Positions 33,326 to 37,133 of a stretch of DNA of 37,133 nt are shown here, piece by piece. Every line of letters starts with the position of its first letter. The first letter of the stretch is position 1. Where the stretch lies: positions 1 to 37,133 of the IMG/VR virus record IMGVR_UViG_3300045988_104136; one strand, written 5' to 3'. A program made the translations under genes and the position numbers. The notes beneath the pieces were generated by a model. It made no database searches, was not told where the DNA came from, and worked only from the letters and a program-made list of their open reading frames with translations. This stretch comes from a virus.

Positions 33326-33469
33326 CTACTTAACATTTATTTTTATTTCAAACTCTTTTTTGCAATTTCTTCCTTTACATTTAATAAAAATCCCTTTTGC
33401 TTTTGATTTTTCTTTATCATACTTTATTGGCATTTCATATCCACAAAAAGGACATTTTACTTTTTCCAT
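33326..33469 (-). CDS. 47-aa zinc-ribbon protein, below the track cutoff
   Basis: Hand translation gives MEKVKCPFCGYEMPIKYDKEKSKAKGIFIKCKGRNCKKEFEIKINVK. GGAGGA lies 5 nt upstream of the ATG. Confidence 0.45.
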   Translation of the reverse strand: MEKVKCPFCGYEMPIKYDKEKSKAKGIFIKCKGRNCKKEFEIKINVK

Positions 33470-33478
33470 ATTTCCTCC

Positions 33479-33509
33479 ATAATAAAAGCACCAGAATTAA
33501 TCTGATGCT
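33479..33509 (-). terminator. Intrinsic terminator after the Bro-N/KilAC gene, inside the tail operon
   Basis: Minus RNA reads AGCAUCAGA-UUAAU-UCUGGUGCU followed by UUUUAUUAU. Confidence 0.65.
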
Positions 33510-33513
33510 ATTT

Positions 33514-34272
33514 TTATATTTCTACACATAATAATCTAAATGTTTCTCTTCCTTTTGGTGTTATTAATGTTTGTGTTCCTACCCAACCAGTTTTTTCATT
33601 TTTGCTTTCTTTTACTTCAAATAATCCCTTGTTTTTATCTGCAAATGGTTGCAATTTTCCTTTTTTATCTCTGTAAATATATTTATGTTCTAATAGAAAT
33701 GTAACAAACTTCTTTTCTTTTATATTTAATGCTTTTGCTGTTTCTCTAAATCCTGTTAATAAATTTCTGTCTACTAAATCATCAAAATATTCAGCTTTAG
33801 GCTTCATTATTTCATTTACTACTGTTAATTGTGAATTTTGCATTTGTAATTCTTTATTTTTATGATTTAATTCTTGTATTTTACTGTTAGCCATTAATAC
33901 TGCTTTTGCCATTAGTTCTTCATCTGTCATTTGTTCTTGTCCTGCTATATAGCCGCCATATTTACGAATACTAGGCAATACTTCACTTGTTACCCATTCT
34001 GTAAATTGTTCTGCTTCTGGTTTTCTGCTTTGAAATATAACTTTGTATAAGTTGCTTTCATTTATAAATGTAGCCTGCTGCTTTCTTCCCAAATTGTCGA
34101 TGACCTCGTTAGTAACGACCCCATCTTGTTTTAACCTTCCTTTACAATCACTTATATTTTTTATTTCTAATATTTTGCATACATCTGCTAAACAAACATA
34201 TGGACTATTATTAATTTCTGTTGTTCTTATTTCTCCAAATTTTTCATTTTTAAATATCATTAAATCACTCAT
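33514..34272 (-). CDS. Antirepressor-like protein (Bro-N domain + KilAC domain)
   Basis: The N-terminus reads MIFKNEKFGEIRTTEINNSPYVCLADVCKILEI…LYKVIFQSRKPEAEQFTEWVTSEVLPSIRKYGGY. The C-terminus reads AKALNIKEKKFVTFLLEHKYIYRD. ATG 34270..34272 lies 9 nt after AGGAGG. Confidence 0.85.
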   Translation of the reverse strand: MSDLMIFKNEKFGEIRTTEINNSPYVCLADVCKILEIKNISDCKGRLKQDGVVTNEVIDNLGRKQQATFINESNLYKVIFQSRKPEAEQFTEWVTSEVLPSIRKYGGYIAGQEQMTDEELMAKAVLMANSKIQELNHKNKELQMQNSQLTVVNEIMKPKAEYFDDLVDRNLLTGFRETAKALNIKEKKFVTFLLEHKYIYRDKKGKLQPFADKNKGLFEVKESKNEKTGWVGTQTLITPKGRETFRLLCVEI

Positions 34273-34286
34273 TATATTTTTCCTCC

Positions 34287-34529
34287 TCAACTTTTAATTA
34301 CTATAGTTTCTTTAGGCTCTAAAACATTTTTCACACAACTTTCTTTGTATATTTTCTTTAATCTATCTGGTCTATCTGCACTAAATATAAACATTTTTTC
34401 TTCTCCAATTTCTTTCATATAACCATAATTCTTTTCCCATTCTGTGCAATTAATATAATCCGCTTCTATATAAGTAATTCTTGGATTTTCATTTAACACC
34501 TCATAATTTCTTAAATTTTTAATTTCCAT
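34287..34529 (-). CDS. 80-aa hypothetical protein
   Basis: ATG 34527..34529 lies 10 nt after GGAGG. It is co-transcribed with the RHH-like and Bro-N genes. Confidence 0.5.
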   Translation of the reverse strand: MEIKNLRNYEVLNENPRITYIEADYINCTEWEKNYGYMKEIGEEKMFIFSADRPDRLKKIYKESCVKNVLEPKETIVIKS

Positions 34530-34658
34530 AATAAAAAGACCTCCGTTCAATTTTACTTGAATTTTAGGTCCTACTGTGATACAATATATTTGTAGGAACT
34601 AAAATTCTTACTTGTGAGATAATCTGTGCTGTTCGCCAAAACTTAGCAGGTTATCTCT

Positions 34659-34841
34659 CTATTTTTTTATTTCTTCATCAATTTTTTCTATGAGCCATTC
34701 TGTCTTAGTTTTATTTTTTTGTTTTAACGCTTTGTCTATGTTTTCGTATTTTTCTTTTGGTAATAATACATTAAACGCTTTTCTTGTTTTTCTTCTTTCT
34801 CTAAAATATTCGGCTCTACTTTTATTTTCTATTTTTAACAC
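34659..34841 (-). CDS. 60-aa basic protein, possible ribbon-helix-helix regulator
   Basis: SRAEYFRERRKTRKAFNVLLPKEKYENIDKALKQKNKTKTEWLIEKI is present. The start is uncertain because GTG abuts AGGAG with no spacer, and an ATA codon sits 8 nt downstream of the SD. Confidence 0.45.
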   Translation of the reverse strand: MLKIENKSRAEYFRERRKTRKAFNVLLPKEKYENIDKALKQKNKTKTEWLIEKIDEEIKK

Positions 34842-34863
34842 CTCCTAACTGTATCGTGCTATC

Positions 34864-34892
34864 ATTATATAGTAGTGTGATACAAAAGTCAA
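34864..34892 (-). promoter_or_regulatory. Consensus-like sigma-A promoter (TTGACT-17-TATAAT) inside the tail module
   Basis: The minus strand reads TTGACT TTTGTATCACACTACTA TATAAT. The -35 is at 34887..34892 and the -10 at 34864..34869. Confidence 0.6.
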
Positions 34893-34925
34893 GAGATATT
34901 TTAATTTTTTTTTAATATTTTTTTA

Positions 34926-34956
34926 AAATAAAAAACACCTACATTTCTGTAAGTGT
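34926..34956 (-). terminator. Intrinsic terminator after the TM2 gene
   Basis: Minus RNA reads ACACUUAC-AGAAAU-GUAGGUGU (one G-U pair) followed by UUUUUUAUUUU. Confidence 0.7.
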
Positions 34957-34960
34957 CTTT

Positions 34961-35188
34961 TTATTGTCTTAAAGGTGCTCCCGCATTATCTTTAAAACCT
35001 CCTGTTGCAATTTTTACTATATCCAATAGCCAACCAATTAGACATATCCCTATCGTGCAAGTATATAGTAAACCTTTCCCTATATTTCCAACATAATATT
35101 GGTGTAGACCAATCCAACCTCCAAATATACAAAGTTTTAATGCTGTACTCTTTGATTTATCGCTTGTCATTGTTGTATAATTTGCCAT
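34961..35188 (-). CDS. TM2-domain membrane protein
   Basis: ALKLCIFGGWIGLHQYYVGNIGKGLLYTCTIGICLIGWLLDIVKIATGGF is present. ATG 35186..35188 lies 7 nt after AGGGAGGTG. Confidence 0.8.
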   Translation of the reverse strand: MANYTTMTSDKSKSTALKLCIFGGWIGLHQYYVGNIGKGLLYTCTIGICLIGWLLDIVKIATGGFKDNAGAPLRQ

Positions 35189-35212
35189 TTTTGTACACCT
35201 CCCTTTTTGAGA

Positions 35213-35241
35213 AGTATATACCAAAATTTTACAATTTGCAA
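35213..35241 (-). promoter_or_regulatory. Sigma-A promoter candidate (TTGCAA-17-TATACT) for the TM2 gene
   Basis: -35 at 35236..35241, -10 at 35213..35218, immediately after the Gp15 stop. Confidence 0.55.
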
Positions 35242-35247
35242 CATATT

Positions 35248-35823
35248 TTATGAAAAAGCCTCTCCAAAATCATATTCTTTTTCTTCTTCTGTTCTCATAT
35301 CTGGTAATGCATATAATCTTTTCATTTTTTTATAATATTTTTTCATTTCTTTATCTTTTATTTCACTTAAATTTATTGCTCTGTATTTCATAATTTTAGA
35401 AAAAAGTACATCTTCATTTAAATTTGTAAACAAAGCTCTAAACTTCCACCAATGCAAATATCTAATACTATTTAAATCAATTTTGTATTGTTGCATAAAA
35501 GCAGAATAAATGTATTCTGCATCAAATTCATAGCTATAAATTTGTTTTATTTTACTATTATCTTTATTATTGTTTGTTCTATTTTCTATCTTGTCTCCAC
35601 CTTTATAAAACCATACAATTTCTTCTAAAGCTTTTTTTATATCTGTTATTTGGTCTGCTCTATAATAATATAGGCTTAAAATCATCTTTACTTTTTTATC
35701 ATCACTTATTGTTCTATCTTGCATTAGTAATTCAAATTTTATACTTTCCCTAAAATCTGTTCTTATTCTCATTCCACTATCCGTATGCTGTGGTAATTTA
35801 TTTATTAATAGATTACAATACAT
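35248..35823 (-). CDS. Phage Gp15-family tail assembly protein (gpT-position)
   Basis: 191 aa with …MRIRTDFRESIKFELLMQD…. It has a TAATG overlap with the upstream chaperone gene. Confidence 0.7.
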   Translation of the reverse strand: MYCNLLINKLPQHTDSGMRIRTDFRESIKFELLMQDRTISDDKKVKMILSLYYYRADQITDIKKALEEIVWFYKGGDKIENRTNNNKDNSKIKQIYSYEFDAEYIYSAFMQQYKIDLNSIRYLHWWKFRALFTNLNEDVLFSKIMKYRAINLSEIKDKEMKKYYKKMKRLYALPDMRTEEEKEYDFGEAFS

Positions 35824-36203
35824 TATCTTCTTCCTTTATATTTATTGTGCCTTCTTGTTTCTCTGTTAGGCATATATTTAGCTCTGTTTTCTAAAGTATC
35901 ATATAGATTTTGTGTAGCTTTTGTTGTTTCAATCTTAGCATTTATTATATCTGTAAATAATTCCATATGTTCTTGTAAATCTTTTTTTCCTTTAAATATT
36001 TTTTCTGATATTCCTTCTCCAAAAACTTCATCAAAAAACTCATCAATTATTTTACATTCTTCCCTAATAGCTTCTGACAAACTTATTTCTTTTTTATCTT
36101 TTAATTCAGATTTTTCTTTTACCTTTTTAGCTGCATTTTCTAATCTTTCTATGCAGTCGGCATCTGTAAAACTAAATTCAACTTCTATATCTTTTAATTT
36201 CAT
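35823..36203 (-). CDS. Tail assembly chaperone (gpG-position)
   Basis: Acidic helical 126 aa directly after the major tail gene. ATG 36201..36203 lies 5 nt after GGAGG. Confidence 0.6.
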   Translation of the reverse strand: MKLKDIEVEFSFTDADCIERLENAAKKVKEKSELKDKKEISLSEAIREECKIIDEFFDEVFGEGISEKIFKGKKDLQEHMELFTDIINAKIETTKATQNLYDTLENRAKYMPNRETRRHNKYKGRR

Positions 36204-36223
36204 AATTTCCTCCAAATTATTTA

Positions 36224-36245
36224 AGAGGCTTATTTCTAAGCCTCT
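36224..36245 (-). other. Perfect 9-bp hairpin overlapping the major tail gene stop (mRNA stabiliser or partial terminator)
   Basis: Minus RNA reads AGAGGCUUA-GAAA-UAAGCCUCU, followed by UAAAUAAUUU (poor U-tract). Confidence 0.4.
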
Positions 36246-36970
36246 GCTAATGTTATTTCTTTTAATACAGCTTTATTTGATACTGTAACTGCTACATCAT
36301 CTTGCGTTGTATACCCTTCTTTTTCTACAGTTATATTGCTGTATGAATCAGCATCTAAAATTACAACTACAATTCCTGTTGCATCTGTTAAATAAGATAC
36401 ACCCTCTATAGTAATCTTAGCATCTTCAACAGGTAAGCCTGAACTATCTTTAACTACAAAAGTTACTGGATATTCTGCTACTTCTTCTTTTGGTGTAAAT
36501 GTTGCCTTCATTCCATCTGCACTTACTACTGCTTTTCCTACAGTCATAGTACTATTTTTCTTAAATGCCCCTGCATAAGTATAAGCCTCTGTAGCATCTC
36601 CATCAGTATCTGGAACTGTAGAATATGTTCTTAATCTTGCTTTATATCCATCATCAATTGGTTTTGTGAAGTCAACTTGTAATATTTTTACAAGTGCATC
36701 TGCTCCTTTCTTTTCGTCATCTGCTATATCTGCTAATTTGTCATGTACTAGATTTCCTTCGTGTTGGTCGAAATTGTAAGATATTTCTTCACTATATCCT
36801 GTTACATCAGTTGTTTCTCCATCTTCATCAACATAAGTACGTGAATATTCTACAGGATTCTTAGATTTAGAAATTTCTGTAAATTTAGTCATTCTCAAGA
36901 AATTAGCTATAGTAGTTGTAGAAACATCCATGAAAGCAACTTTTCTATTTCTAGTTACTAATTTTTCCAT
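36236..36970 (-). CDS. Major tail protein (phi13-like) with a C-terminal CarboxypepD_reg-like display domain
   Basis: The N-terminus reads MEKLVTRNRKVAFMDVSTTTIANFLRMTKFTEISKSKNPVEYSRTYVDEDG. The C-terminus reads PVTFVVKDSSGLPVEDAKITIEGVSYLTDATGIVVVILDADSYSNITVEKEGY. Confidence 0.85.
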   Translation of the reverse strand: MEKLVTRNRKVAFMDVSTTTIANFLRMTKFTEISKSKNPVEYSRTYVDEDGETTDVTGYSEEISYNFDQHEGNLVHDKLADIADDEKKGADALVKILQVDFTKPIDDGYKARLRTYSTVPDTDGDATEAYTYAGAFKKNSTMTVGKAVVSADGMKATFTPKEEVAEYPVTFVVKDSSGLPVEDAKITIEGVSYLTDATGIVVVILDADSYSNITVEKEGYTTQDDVAVTVSNKAVLKEITLAEA

Positions 36971-36990
36971 CTTTATATTTTCCTCCTTAC

Positions 36991-37020
36991 ATAAAAAATA
37001 GAAGACTATTAATAGTCTTC
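36991..37020 (-). terminator. Terminator-like hairpin between the neck genes and the major tail gene
   Basis: A 20-bp perfect palindrome gaagactattaatagtcttc spans 37001..37020. Minus RNA forms an 8-bp stem with a UUAA loop, then UAUUUUUUAU. It overlaps the stop at 37009..37011. Confidence 0.5.
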
Positions 37021-37133
37021 TTCATAAGCTACTTGTATAGGTATTACATATATTGCTGTTGAATCTGTTGTCTGTAAAATTGTTCCTCTTCCTAAACACT
37101 TTATCCAAACAGCACCATCTATCTTTGGTAAAT
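37009..37133 (-). CDS. C-terminal part of the junction-spanning neck gene (same gene as 1..341)
   Basis: The frame continues from 1..341 through the circular junction and ends …LQTTDSTAIYVIPIQVAYEEDY with a TAA at 37009..37011. Confidence 0.7.
   Translation of the reverse strand, partial: LPKIDGAVWIKCLGRGTILQTTDSTAIYVIPIQVAYEEDY
37079..37133. repeat. Second copy of the 55-bp terminal overlap
   Basis: Identical to 1..55. Confidence 0.95.

Noticed and set aside
35823-35845. Classical -1 gpG/gpGT frameshift between the tail chaperone gene and the Gp15-family gene
   Set aside because: Gp15 is indeed in the -1 frame. However, that frame is closed by a TAA only five codons upstream of its ATG, and the short open window (AGG AAG AAG ATA) has no X XXY YYZ slippery heptamer. 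Gp15 has its own coupled ATG (TAATG).
1514-36288. About 30 plus-strand ORFs in the track outside 21172..23432 (e.g. 1514..1714, 2025..2315, 7587..7829, 12175..12528, 24315..24728, 32107..32412, 35845..36288)
   Set aside because: All lie antisense to well-supported minus-strand genes. They lack Shine-Dalgarno sequences, often start at TTG or GTG, and translate to Phe/Leu/Ile/Ser-rich low-complexity strings, as expected from the complement of Lys/Glu/Asn-rich AT-rich coding DNA.
1-37133. CRISPR array, diversity-generating retroelement, retron, transposase/IS element, rRNA
   Set aside because: No spaced short direct-repeat array was seen. No reverse-transcriptase-like or transposase-like ORF was seen, and no template/variable repeat pair was seen in the fibre genes. 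Nothing resembles rRNA.

Overview
The window is a complete, circularly closed genome of a temperate siphovirus. Unique length is about 37,078 bp, and the first and last 55 bp are identical. The host is probably a very AT-rich, low-GC Firmicute (Clostridium-like), judged from composition, strong AGGAGG ribosome-binding sites and the protein families present. Almost all genes are on the minus strand. Only a CI-like repressor, a tiny ORF and the tyrosine integrase (21172..23432) are on plus. In minus-strand transcription order the modules are as follows. (1) Lysogeny switch and early genes, 20877 down to 18465: Cro-like, AntA/KilAC antirepressor, YneA-like LysM protein, Gp157. (2) Replication and recombination, 18178..10495: P-loop ATPase, DUF669-like, CHC2 primase finger, SF3 helicase, origin-like iterons, Hjc resolvase, SF2 helicase, HAD-like gene, HNH. 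(3) A late regulator, 9288..9710. (4) Packaging and head, 8834..1127: TerS, PBSX-type TerL, SPP1-type portal, MuF, tRNA-Trp, scaffold, HK97-fold capsid. (5) Neck genes that run across the window junction. (6) Tail, 36970..26809, interrupted by a 1.9-kb moron island between the tail chaperones and the tape measure. (7) Lysis, 26806..25613. (8) An insulated three-gene cassette (25315..24047) next to attP. The main hunt result is that cassette. It reads as a toxin-antitoxin-chaperone system: a PARP-like ADP-ribosyltransferase candidate, a small acidic/basic protein, and a SecB-like chaperone. That makes it a diverged, phage-borne CmdTAC-like defence candidate. Other notable items are a probable +1 recoding site (A9 run) that extends the capsid protein, a MuF protein with a toxin-like C-terminus plus a putative immunity gene, and in-frame TGA and TAG codons in two early genes alongside a phage tRNA-Trp. 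There are also face-to-face switch promoters, origin-like iterons, and arm-type repeats around attP. Nothing was computed: all calls come from reading the sequence and the ORF track. Small-motif coordinates were hand-counted (expect +/-2 nt), and family names are recollections that need HMM or structure confirmation.
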